Shown: positions 10,546 through 19,481 of the stretch, in pieces
Layout of the letters: each line of letters opens with the position of its first letter
How positions within the stretch are numbered: the stretch's first letter is position 1
NCBI GenBank assembly: GCA_002409145.1
Contig: DHUL01000044.1
Location: forward strand, 29,400-93,399
Length of the DNA: 64,000 bases
Source of the DNA: Bacteroidales bacterium UBA5235
Lineage (GTDB): Bacteria; Bacteroidota; Bacteroidia; Bacteroidales; VadinHA17
Direction of reading: 5' to 3'
Notes under the pieces: model-generated
Databases searched by the model: none
What the model saw: only the letters and a program-made list of their open reading frames with translations
Told to the model about the DNA's origin: nothing
Position numbers and translations under genes: made by a program

Positions 10546-11571
10546 ATGAGCCTTCTTGTGATACGCACATCATCGATGGGTGATGTGATAATGACCCTGC
10601 CCGTGATCAGGTCGTTTGCCGCTGCATACCCTGGCGAAGAGCTGGTCTTTGTCACAAAGAAGCCTTTTGATCAGTTTGTTGCCGGCATTCCCGGGGTGAA
10701 GGTTTTCCTTACTGATCATCATGGCAGGCACAGGGGTATTACTGGCCTGCTGAGGATCTGGATGGATCTTCGTGCAAAGTACAACATCACCGCGGTTGCT
10801 GACCTGCATGACGTTATCAGGTCGAAGGTGGTGCGCCTGCTGTTTCGCTTTGACGGCTGCCACGTGGCTTCAATAGACAAGGAGCGTATACGCCGGCGCA
10901 AGCTGGTTCGTGGCAGGCTCACCGGCTCGCTGACCCACACCGTTGAGCGTTACCGTGCCGTATTCGCACGTACCGGGTACCCTCTGGAACTGGTCCCCGG
11001 CCCCTGGATGATCCCGTCCGCAGAAGGAGCAGCCGTGGCAGCCTCACGTACTGACGGCATGAAAAGACCTTTCCTGGGAGTGGCGCCGTTGGCGAGGCAC
11101 CGTCTCAAGACATGGCCCGCAGAGAAGATGGAGGCCATGCTACGCCTGTTGGTATCGCGGAAGGAATGCACACTCTTTCTTTTTGGATCTCCTGATGAAT
11201 CAGCTGAAGTGGATGAGATAGCTGCCCGTGTGCCGGGTGCAATATCCATGGCGGGGAAGATCAGCCTTGAAGGCGAAATTGCACTTATCGCAGACCTTGA
11301 CCTGATGCTTGCCATGGACTCATCAAACATGCACCTGTCTGCCATACTGGGTATTGATACACTGTCAATATGGGGTGCCACCCATCCCCGTGCCGGATTC
11401 AGCGCCTGGGGTATGCCGGCTGAAAACCAAATCCAGATACCGGATACCGAACTTACATGCCGCCCCTGCTCCATCTACGGTAAAGGGACCTGCAGACGCG
11501 GTGACCTTGCCTGCCTGGAGTGGCTGACACCGGAGATGGTTCTTCAAAAAATCCTGAACAGACTTAAGTGA
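10546..11571 (+). CDS. Glycosyltransferase family 9 (LPS heptosyltransferase-like)
   Basis: 341 aa. N-terminal LVIRTSSMGDVIMTLPV, central GVAPLARHRLKTWP and C-terminal DSSNMHLSAILG are GT9 hallmarks. Confidence 0.85.
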   Translation: MSLLVIRTSSMGDVIMTLPVIRSFAAAYPGEELVFVTKKPFDQFVAGIPGVKVFLTDHHGRHRGITGLLRIWMDLRAKYNITAVADLHDVIRSKVVRLLFRFDGCHVASIDKERIRRRKLVRGRLTGSLTHTVERYRAVFARTGYPLELVPGPWMIPSAEGAAVAASRTDGMKRPFLGVAPLARHRLKTWPAEKMEAMLRLLVSRKECTLFLFGSPDESAEVDEIAARVPGAISMAGKISLEGEIALIADLDLMLAMDSSNMHLSAILGIDTLSIWGATHPRAGFSAWGMPAENQIQIPDTELTCRPCSIYGKGTCRRGDLACLEWLTPEMVLQKILNRLK

Positions 11572-11574
11572 CAT

Positions 11575-13896
11575 ATGAATTTCACAGGAACCAACTATCT
11601 GATCATTGCTTTAGCTGTTCTGACACTTGCAGGCACCGGGTGCAGCCGGCAGGCCGGAGGTACTGCAGAACGGATTTCTGCAGTACCGGGTGACCTTGTA
11701 AGCACATTAATGGGTACAGACTCCGAGTACCTGCTATCCCACGGCAACACATACCCGGCAGTGGCTCTGCCTTTCGGAATGAACTTCTGGACCCCGCAGA
11801 CGCGCGAGAATGGCAATGGCTGGGGATACACCTATGATGATCATAAGATAGTCGGCATCAGGCAGACACATCAGCCAAGCCCATGGATCAATGACTACGC
11901 CGCCTTCTCCCTGATGGCTGTCACTGGTGGAAACCGTCTGTCAGAGCTGGCGCGCGCATCATGGTTTTCGCACAAGGCCGAGGTGGCAAAGCCCTGGTAT
12001 TACAGCGTTTACCTTGCCGACTATGACATCACCGCAGAGGTCACACCAACGGAGAGGGCAGCTCTCTTCAGGTTCACCTTTCCGGAGAGTGACTCATCCG
12101 CGGTGGTTATTGATGCTTTCGCCGGAGGATCAATGACAAGGGTAGTTCCCGGGACCAGAAGGGTTGTGGGTTACTGCCGCAACAACCACGGGGGGGTGCC
12201 TGAAAACTTCCATAATTATTTCGTCATTGAGTTTGACCAGCCGTTTGACTTCTGGTCAGTGGCCCTTGACGACAGTTTCCGGTCCGGCGTCACGGAGACT
12301 GAAGGCGACCACGCCCAGGCAGTCATAGGATTCCGGACAAAAAGAGGCCAGCAGGTCACCGCTAGGGTGGCTTCATCATTCATCTCCCCGGAGCAGGCCA
12401 TTCTCAACCTTGAACGCGAGACGGGTGGGCGCAGATTTGACGACGTCCGTGATGCCGGGCATGACCTCTGGAACGCCGGACTGGGCCGCATACGGATAGA
12501 AGGCGGCACTGACGACCAGCAGCGTACCTTCTATTCAACACTCTATCGTACCATGCTCTTCCCCCGCATTTTTTACGAGACTGACAGCGCTGAAAATATA
12601 GTTCATTACAGTCCCTACAACGGTAAAGTTCTTCCTGGCAGACTCTTTACCGACAATGGATTCTGGGATACCTTCCGTGCCGCAATGCCGCTAATTACAC
12701 TCCTGTACCCCGGGATGAGCTCACATATCATGGAGGGACTGGTCAATGCATACATGGAGAGCGGCTGGCTGCCTGAGTGGGCCAGTCCAGGCCATCGTAA
12801 CTGCATGATTGGAAGCAACTCCGCTTCACTGATAGCTGATGCCTACCTGAAGGGAATAAGAGGATACGATATTGACACCCTCTGGAGTGCATTGGTGAAG
12901 AACACCCTCGGTCACGGCCCTGTTCATTCCGTAGGCAGGTACGGAGCAGAATACTACAACAGCCTGGGATATGTTCCATACGATGTCGGTATAAATGAGA
13001 ACGTGGCGCGCACCCTGGAATACGCATATGCTGACTGGTGCCTGTGGAAGCTGGCGCAGGAGCTTGACCGGCCACAGGAAGAGATTGACCTTTACGGAGC
13101 CCGGGCACAGAACTACAGAAACGTATTTGACAATGAGAGAAAGCTGATGAGAGGTAAAAACCTCGACGGCAGGTTCCAATCGCCATTCAGCCCCTATAAA
13201 TGGGGCGATGCCTTCACCGAAGGAAACAGCTGGCATTACACATGGAGCGTCTTTCAGGACGTGGCAGGACTGGCAGAGCTTATGGGTGGTGACAGTGAGA
13301 TGGCACGTATGCTCGATTCCGTTTTTGTTGTGCCGCCATTGTTTGATGACTCCTATTATGGTTTCCCCATTCATGAGATACGTGAGATGCAGATTATGAA
13401 CATGGGTAACTATGCCCACGGCAACCAGCCGGTTCAGCATATGATTTATCTTTATAACTACACACCTGAGCCCTGGAAGGCTCAGATGAGGGTACGCGAG
13501 GTTATGGACAAGCTCTATAACTACACTCCTGATGGTTACTGTGGAGATGAAGATAACGGGCAGACATCAGCCTGGTACGTTTTCAGTGCACTGGGTTTCT
13601 ACCCTGTGACGCCCGGAACAGGCGAATATGTGCTTGGCTCACCGCTGTTTACCAGGGCCACTGTCACACTCACTGATGGTAAAAAACTGGTAATCAGTGC
13701 TCCCGGGAACAACCGGGAGAATTTATTTGTAAGAGATGTAACCCTTAATGGTAAAAAACTGAATCTCAATTATGTGACTCATGAACAGCTGACTGCGGGA
13801 GGCACCCTGGAGTTTGCCATGAGTAGTGAACCTGACAAGGAGAGAGGTGCGACACCTTCAGCCAGGCCATACTCGATGAGCACACATAGCAGATAA
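11575..13896 (+). CDS. Glycoside hydrolase family 92 (alpha-mannosidase-like) lipoprotein
   Basis: 773 aa. Lipobox LAGTGC. GNTYPAVALPFGMNFWTPQT, GYVPYD and CGDEDNGQTSAWYVFSALGFYPV are typical of GH92. Confidence 0.9.
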   Translation: MNFTGTNYLIIALAVLTLAGTGCSRQAGGTAERISAVPGDLVSTLMGTDSEYLLSHGNTYPAVALPFGMNFWTPQTRENGNGWGYTYDDHKIVGIRQTHQPSPWINDYAAFSLMAVTGGNRLSELARASWFSHKAEVAKPWYYSVYLADYDITAEVTPTERAALFRFTFPESDSSAVVIDAFAGGSMTRVVPGTRRVVGYCRNNHGGVPENFHNYFVIEFDQPFDFWSVALDDSFRSGVTETEGDHAQAVIGFRTKRGQQVTARVASSFISPEQAILNLERETGGRRFDDVRDAGHDLWNAGLGRIRIEGGTDDQQRTFYSTLYRTMLFPRIFYETDSAENIVHYSPYNGKVLPGRLFTDNGFWDTFRAAMPLITLLYPGMSSHIMEGLVNAYMESGWLPEWASPGHRNCMIGSNSASLIADAYLKGIRGYDIDTLWSALVKNTLGHGPVHSVGRYGAEYYNSLGYVPYDVGINENVARTLEYAYADWCLWKLAQELDRPQEEIDLYGARAQNYRNVFDNERKLMRGKNLDGRFQSPFSPYKWGDAFTEGNSWHYTWSVFQDVAGLAELMGGDSEMARMLDSVFVVPPLFDDSYYGFPIHEIREMQIMNMGNYAHGNQPVQHMIYLYNYTPEPWKAQMRVREVMDKLYNYTPDGYCGDEDNGQTSAWYVFSALGFYPVTPGTGEYVLGSPLFTRATVTLTDGKKLVISAPGNNRENLFVRDVTLNGKKLNLNYVTHEQLTAGGTLEFAMSSEPDKERGATPSARPYSMSTHSR

Positions 13897-13919
13897 TCCT
13901 GATTTTCAAATTAATCATT

Positions 13920-14309
13920 ATGGCTTCACTCAATTTAAGAGGTATTTTCCCGCCACTTCCGACATCATTTGACAGCGCCGGGTTTCTGTTGCCGGCTCTG
14001 GCCACGTGTGCTGCAGGAGGTATACTGGCAAGCGCCAATATCGCTCCGGCACACTGCCTGAGTATCTTCAGCGCTTTCGCCGAAGGCGACATGACCCTCG
14101 CGAGGGAGTTGCAGCACAGCATCATTCCTCTAAACACGGCAGTGACAGCTCGCTGGGGTGTGCCCGCGCTGAAGGCTGCAATGGACCATCTGGGCCTCTA
14201 TGGCGGACATGTACGCAGGCCGCTGCTGCCGCTCAGGGAAGAGATCAGAAAACAATTACTGCAACTGATGGAAGACGAGGAACTGAATCTTTATAATGAG
14301 AAGAACTAG
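13920..14309 (+). pseudogene. DapA/NanA (class I aldolase) family remnant with in-frame internal deletion
   Basis: 129 aa. The N-terminal LRGIFPPLPTSF matches the family start, then the sequence jumps to the C-terminal third (GGILASANIAP...GDMTLARELQ...VRRPLLPLRE). The roughly 165-aa catalytic core is absent. Confidence 0.6.
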
Positions 14310-14401
14310 AAGGGAACGTAAGGCAGAAAACTATTGATGATAGCCGTCAGCGAGGAGGTTAGCGTCATTACTCTCCCGGCCTGCGGCTCCAGGAAATAGC
14401 G

Positions 14402-14409
14402 TAAATTTG
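14402..14409 (+). promoter_or_regulatory. -7 box TAAATTTG
   Basis: TAnnTTTG match 36 nt upstream of ATG 14445. Confidence 0.45.
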
Positions 14410-14444
14410 TAACATTCACACAATTTAAAATACCTATCAGCAAC

Positions 14445-14894
14445 ATGTCACTCACAGAAAAAATTGCCAAGGACCTGATGGCAGCCATGAAGGCGCAGGA
14501 CAAGGGGGTGCTTGAAGCCCTGAGAGCGGCCAAGACCGCGTTTATCCTTGCCAGGTCAGAGAGAGGACAGGATACAGTTCTCACAGAAGAAGAGGAAGTA
14601 AAGATCATCCGTAAGCTGGTGAAGCAGAGGAAGGAATCGGCAGACATTTACCGTGAGCAGAAGAGACCGGACCTCTGTGAGAAGGAGGAGAACGAAGCGG
14701 CGGTACTGGAAAGATATCTTCCTGCAGCAATGACAGAGCAACAGCTGGAGGCAGCCCTGAAAGAGATCATCAGCCGCGTGGGGGCTAAGGGCCCGTCAGA
14801 CATGGGTCGTGTCATGGGTGTTGCCACGAAGGAACTGGCAGGCAAGGCTGACGGTCGCGAGATTTCTGCAAAGGTGAAGCAACTGCTGGGTTGA
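14445..14894 (+). CDS. GatB/YqeY domain-containing protein
   Basis: 149 aa. MSLTEKIAKDLMAAMKAQDK...LRAAKTAF...ERYLP...GPSDMGRVMG is the typical YqeY pattern. Confidence 0.85.
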   Translation: MSLTEKIAKDLMAAMKAQDKGVLEALRAAKTAFILARSERGQDTVLTEEEEVKIIRKLVKQRKESADIYREQKRPDLCEKEENEAAVLERYLPAAMTEQQLEAALKEIISRVGAKGPSDMGRVMGVATKELAGKADGREISAKVKQLLG

Positions 14895-14925
14895 GGTGGC
14901 TTACCGGATGAAGCTGGCCTGCAGC

Positions 14926-15507
14926 TTATGATCCGGGCTCTGCATCCTCACTTTTGTCACTCTCAAGAAAGCGCAGGATGCGGCGACGTTTTGCAACCAG
15001 GTCAGTTAACTCGATGAACATATCGGTGTTGACCCTGCTGGCCATCGGTATGACGTACTTTTCCGTCTGGTCGAGATAGTCTGAGATCTTTTGTTCCGGC
15101 TGTGTATCGCGGTGCAGATCGGTCAGGTTGCTGATCCGGTCAGCACATTTGAGCAGCATGGCATTGCGCGACCCGTGTTCAAGAAGGCGCTGCAGATACT
15201 GCTCCTTAGACTCATCCTTTCTCTTGGTAACCTCCAGCACAAGCTGAACAACATCAGCACCGTCACTGTCAATCCACCTTATTTCATCAACCTGGGTCTC
15301 AGGAAGGTCTTCAATCAGGTCATGCAGAAGTGAGGCTTTGAGCAAAACGCTGTCAGTGTAGAACTTGTAGTCAAGTAGTATACCGAGCGTCGAAAAACAG
15401 TGCCTGAACTGGTTGCCGCCCACCTCCCTCTGTACGCTGATAAGAGCAGTAGCCTTAAGAATATACGGCGCCAGAACAAGGTTTTTCAGTGTCTCAAGAG
15501 CAGTCAT
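14926..15507 (-). CDS. HD-domain phosphohydrolase (SpoT/Mesh1-like small hydrolase)
   Basis: 193 aa. RHCFSTLGIL...ASLLHDLIEDLPET gives an H...HD...D metal-binding pattern. Confidence 0.6.
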   Translation of the reverse strand: MTALETLKNLVLAPYILKATALISVQREVGGNQFRHCFSTLGILLDYKFYTDSVLLKASLLHDLIEDLPETQVDEIRWIDSDGADVVQLVLEVTKRKDESKEQYLQRLLEHGSRNAMLLKCADRISNLTDLHRDTQPEQKISDYLDQTEKYVIPMASRVNTDMFIELTDLVAKRRRILRFLESDKSEDAEPGS

Positions 15508-15660
15508 GATATAAGTTGCAAAACCATAAAATTAATAATTCCGGCAATCGGCCCCGGTTATGATGTCATACTAATTATAAACAGCATCTGAACAATATTA
15601 ACACCTGTGAGGAATAGATTGTTAACACTTAATGAGATGACAGTGGCGAACATTATCACC

Positions 15661-15668
15661 TATATTTG
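15661..15668 (+). promoter_or_regulatory. -7 box TATATTTG
   Basis: TAnnTTTG match 27 nt upstream of ATG 15695. Confidence 0.45.
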
Positions 15669-15694
15669 CATTTCTGTTGAGTAAGGAGTGAAAG

Positions 15695-17461
15695 ATGTCA
15701 GATAAACCAGCAAGACCTGCAGGATCAGGGTTGAAGCAGATGGCAAGGCTTTACAGGTTTCTGAAGCCTTACAGGGGCAGGTTTGCTCTTGGCCTTGTTT
15801 TTCTTCTTCTCTCCACAGCAGCCAGTCTTATGTTCCCCCGCCTTCTCGGCGAGATGGTTGACCAGGCCAACAGTGGTGGACTGACACGCGGGATCACCCG
15901 CACCGGACTCCTCCTCCTGGTAATACTACTGGCCCAGTCTCTTTTTGCATACACCCGCACCCGGCTCTTTGTGGTGGTAACTGAAAAGACTCTGGCAGCA
16001 ATACGTCAGCATATCTATAACCACCTGATCAGACTTCCCATGTCTTTCTTCTCATCAAGGAGGGTGGGAGAGCTCAACAGCAGGATATCATCAGACATAT
16101 CATTGCTGCAGGACAGCCTGACGAGTACCCTGGCAGACCTCCTTTCCCAGCTGCTTGTGATCACCGGGGGTATTACCCTTATGATGATCAGCTCATTCAG
16201 GCTGACGGTATTTACTCTGGCAATTGTGCCGGCAATATCGCTGATGGCTTTTTATTCCGGGAGGGCCATCAGGCGATATTCAAAGAAGGCACAGGCTTTC
16301 GTGGCGGAGTCAAACACCATTGTGGAGGAGACCCTGCAGGGGATACAGAACGTTAAAGCTTTCACCAATGAGTCATTTGAGAGCCGCCGTTACCGTGAGA
16401 AGACCGAGCAGGTGGCCAGGGCAGGCATCACCGGTGGCAAATACCAGGCTGCCGTCTCATTCATAGTACTCGGATTCTTTGTATCCATGGCGGCTGTCAT
16501 CTGGCAGGGTGCCACAATGATTGCAAAGGGTCAGATGGAAGCCGGACAGCTTTTCACCTTTGTAATCTATTCCGGATTCATTGGCGGCAATATCGCGGGC
16601 ATGGCAGGTGTCTATGCGAGGCTGCAGAAAACCATAGGCGCTTCTGAGAATCTTTTGCAACTGCTTGATGAAAAGACGGAAGTAATTGACCCTTCATACG
16701 TGCCTGAAGAAGCCCACCAGCTGCATGGTGAGATAACCTTTAAGGATGTCGGGTTCAGGTATCCGTCACGTGAGGAGGTTGTGGTTCTGAAAAATGTCAG
16801 CTTCGGGATTGCGCCTGGCAGGCAGGTGGCACTGGTGGGGCCCAGCGGTGCCGGTAAATCTACCATAGCATCACTTCTTCTGAGGCTATATGACCCCACG
16901 GAGGGAAGTATACTTTTCGACGGCCGTGACAGTATAAGCTTCCCTCTGACAGCTCTCCGGTCACAGATGGCTGTTGTGATGCAGGATGTATTCCTCTTTG
17001 GCGGAACCATCAGGGAAAATATTGCGTATGGGAAGCCGGGAGCTACTGAAAATGAGGTTATTGATGCTGCGAAACAGGCCAATGCATGGGACTTCATCAG
17101 AACATTTCCCGGTCAGCTGGATACAGTTGTGGGAGAAAGGGGAGTACAGCTCTCGGGCGGACAGAGGCAGAGGATCGCCATCGCCCGTGCAGTGCTGAAG
17201 AACCCGCGGATATTGATCCTTGATGAGGCAACTTCATCACTCGATTCTGAATCAGAACGGCAGGTGCAGGAGGCGCTGGAAAAGCTGATGAAGGGCCGTA
17301 CCTCCCTGGTTATTGCCCACAGGTTGTCCACAGTACGCAACTCTGATTACATCATCGTACTGAATGATGGCAGGATTGTTGAGCAGGGGACGCACAACGA
17401 CCTGATTTCCAACGATAACGGGCTTTACAAAACACTTACTGAACTGCAGTTCAGCCTGTAG
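15695..17461 (+). CDS. ABC transporter, fused permease/ATPase (MsbA-like exporter)
   Basis: 588 aa. Six-TM N-terminal half, Walker A GPSGAGKST, signature LSGGQRQR, Walker B ILILDEATS. Confidence 0.9.
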   Translation: MSDKPARPAGSGLKQMARLYRFLKPYRGRFALGLVFLLLSTAASLMFPRLLGEMVDQANSGGLTRGITRTGLLLLVILLAQSLFAYTRTRLFVVVTEKTLAAIRQHIYNHLIRLPMSFFSSRRVGELNSRISSDISLLQDSLTSTLADLLSQLLVITGGITLMMISSFRLTVFTLAIVPAISLMAFYSGRAIRRYSKKAQAFVAESNTIVEETLQGIQNVKAFTNESFESRRYREKTEQVARAGITGGKYQAAVSFIVLGFFVSMAAVIWQGATMIAKGQMEAGQLFTFVIYSGFIGGNIAGMAGVYARLQKTIGASENLLQLLDEKTEVIDPSYVPEEAHQLHGEITFKDVGFRYPSREEVVVLKNVSFGIAPGRQVALVGPSGAGKSTIASLLLRLYDPTEGSILFDGRDSISFPLTALRSQMAVVMQDVFLFGGTIRENIAYGKPGATENEVIDAAKQANAWDFIRTFPGQLDTVVGERGVQLSGGQRQRIAIARAVLKNPRILILDEATSSLDSESERQVQEALEKLMKGRTSLVIAHRLSTVRNSDYIIVLNDGRIVEQGTHNDLISNDNGLYKTLTELQFSL

Positions 17462-17547
17462 GGTGACCTGCCAGGCATGACAGTGTTATTGCAGTAATCG
17501 CCTTCCGGCCGGGAGGGATTCCACTCAGTAACCAATGCCCCCGGTGA

Positions 17548-18204
17548 TCAGGGATAGAGAAGCCTGATTGTCCAGCCTTCCCTGTCGCTGTTCTTTGTGT
17601 ATACCAGACGGTCATGCAGGCGGTGTTCCCTTCCCTGCCAGAATTCAATGTAGTCAGGATCAAGACAGTATCCGCCCCAGTCATCTGGTCGTGGTATGGG
17701 CCTGTCTTTGTACCTTTCCTCTATCTCCATGGCAGTTCTGTCAAGCAGTTCCCTGCTCTCCAGGTGCCGGCTCTGATGAGATGCCATAGTGCTTATCTGG
17801 CTCTCGCGCGGACGGCTGCGAAAGTAGGCATCTGATTCCTCCGGTGGCAACTTTGACACTTTTCCGCTTATCCGTACCTGACGGTACATCTCATTCCAGA
17901 AAAATGTCATGGCAGCATAACTGTTGTTTCTCAGCTCATCCCCCTTGCGGCTCCCGTAGTTTGTGAAGAAGGTAAATCCTTTCGGGCTGAAGTCCCTGAG
18001 CAGCACGATCCTTCCTGATGGTCTTCCTGCAGCATCGGCCGTGGCCAGGTGCAGTGCATTGGGATCCATCACATTATGTGAGAGGGCATCTTCCATCCAT
18101 CGCCCGAACTGGACCAGCGGGTCATGTGAGAAGTCGGCGAGGTTCAACCCCTCGCCATGATACTCATTCCTGAGAAGGGTGGTTATTCTGCGGATCGAAT
18201 TCAT
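17548..18204 (-). CDS. pdxH: Pyridoxamine 5'-phosphate oxidase
   Basis: 218 aa from the Met at 18204 (MNSIRRITTLLRNEY...). RIVLLRDF, FFTNYGSRKG, IEFWQGREHRLHDR. The track start 18282 adds a non-conserved extension. Confidence 0.9.
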   Translation of the reverse strand: MNSIRRITTLLRNEYHGEGLNLADFSHDPLVQFGRWMEDALSHNVMDPNALHLATADAAGRPSGRIVLLRDFSPKGFTFFTNYGSRKGDELRNNSYAAMTFFWNEMYRQVRISGKVSKLPPEESDAYFRSRPRESQISTMASHQSRHLESRELLDRTAMEIEERYKDRPIPRPDDWGGYCLDPDYIEFWQGREHRLHDRLVYTKNSDREGWTIRLLYP

Positions 18205-18296
18205 GGGAACAGTTTTTTCTTCGTTTAAGACAAATAAAACAACCGGCCGGTGTATATGTTTAGTTTTTCCGGCAGTTCTCAATCTAACGAAAATGT

Positions 18297-18304
18297 TAAC
18301 TTTG
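18297..18304 (+). promoter_or_regulatory. -7 box TAACTTTG
   Basis: TAnnTTTG match 21 nt upstream of ATG 18325. Confidence 0.45.
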
Positions 18305-18324
18305 TTCGTGAAAACTAAAAAAGT

Positions 18325-19443
18325 ATGTCTTTGACACGCATTCTGCCAACAATTGCACTGATCGTAACCCTGGCTGCTACCACAGTCGTCAGTGCGCAGG
18401 TACCTGTGGAGGTGTCAACTGAGAAAGTGGTCTCCGGTGGAAGGGTTTATTACATGCATGAGGTTCAGAAGAACCAGACTCTTTATTCCATTGCGAAGGC
18501 TTACAGGGTGTCGGTAGATGCCCTCGCCCGCGAGAATGTCATCCCTCCCAACGGGATTCAGACAGGGCAGGTGTTGAGGGTACCCTCGCCGGATCAGCAG
18601 GCATCCGCTGCTTCCCGACCCGTTCCTGCGGCTCAGCAGGCTGCTGCTGTTACACAACCCCGTCAGGCAACGCAGCCTTCGCGCCCTGCGCTTGCCAGTG
18701 GTGTCCCCGGTATAGATATATCAGGTGAAAAGATCATATCAGGGGGAAAGACTTTATATATGCATGAGGTACAGAAGGGTCAGACTCTTTATTCGATAGC
18801 AAAAGCCTACAGGGTTACCATCCTGGATATTGACCGTGAGAACTCCATCCCTCCTGGAGGCATACAGGCTGGCCAGGTTCTGAAGATACCGGCATCATCA
18901 GCTCTTAAGGTGATTGATGAGCAAACACCCCCTGCTGAAACTGCAGCCACTCCCGACAAGAGCATGATGGCTGTAGCAACTGCACCCAGCGGTAATACGG
19001 AGTCAGGCACAAATGTGTCCAGGCAGGAGACACCCCGCCAGGAGACCCAAATGCCCAGGCAGGAGACTGCCCGCCAGGAGACCCAGATGCCCCGTCAGGA
19101 ACAGCCTGCTGCCAAACCGGCATCGGACGGCGGCGTGACAGCCAAAACCACTGAAGTGAAAGAGAATGCCGAAGTAAACACCCGGACCGCAACAAAGACA
19201 CAGCCTGATGCAGACACACAGCAGGCTCAGCAAAAGGCACCCTCAGCCGGCAAAAGCAATGACAAACCAAAACCCGTCCAGCCCGAGAAGAAAAAGATTC
19301 ATAAGGTCCAGAAGGGAGAGTCTCTTTCAGATATAGCAAAGAAGTACGATATAACCGTGCAGGAGCTTAAACAGGCGAATAAGGGGGTCATATTCGCCAT
19401 GCCTGACATGAGGCTGGTAATCCCGGTGAAGGAGCAAGAGTAA
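18325..19443 (+). CDS. Secreted protein with three LysM domains and a P/Q/T/E-rich linker
   Basis: 372 aa with signal peptide. Two roughly 60-aa near-duplicate modules (SGGRVYYMHEVQKNQTLYSIAKAYRVS... and SGGKTLYMHEVQKGQTLYSIAKAYRVT...) plus a C-terminal LysM (HKVQKGESLSDIAKKYDITVQELKQAN). Confidence 0.85.
   Translation: MSLTRILPTIALIVTLAATTVVSAQVPVEVSTEKVVSGGRVYYMHEVQKNQTLYSIAKAYRVSVDALARENVIPPNGIQTGQVLRVPSPDQQASAASRPVPAAQQAAAVTQPRQATQPSRPALASGVPGIDISGEKIISGGKTLYMHEVQKGQTLYSIAKAYRVTILDIDRENSIPPGGIQAGQVLKIPASSALKVIDEQTPPAETAATPDKSMMAVATAPSGNTESGTNVSRQETPRQETQMPRQETARQETQMPRQEQPAAKPASDGGVTAKTTEVKENAEVNTRTATKTQPDADTQQAQQKAPSAGKSNDKPKPVQPEKKKIHKVQKGESLSDIAKKYDITVQELKQANKGVIFAMPDMRLVIPVKEQE
19029..19112 (+). 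repeat. 36-nt in-frame tandem repeat, about 2.3 copies (RQETxRQETQMP)
   Basis: 19029-19064 and 19065-19100 differ at 4 of 36 positions. A partial third unit follows. Confidence 0.8.
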
Positions 19444-19481
19444 TACTTCCCGTTTTCACTTCGTTTCTTTATTCTGGATAA

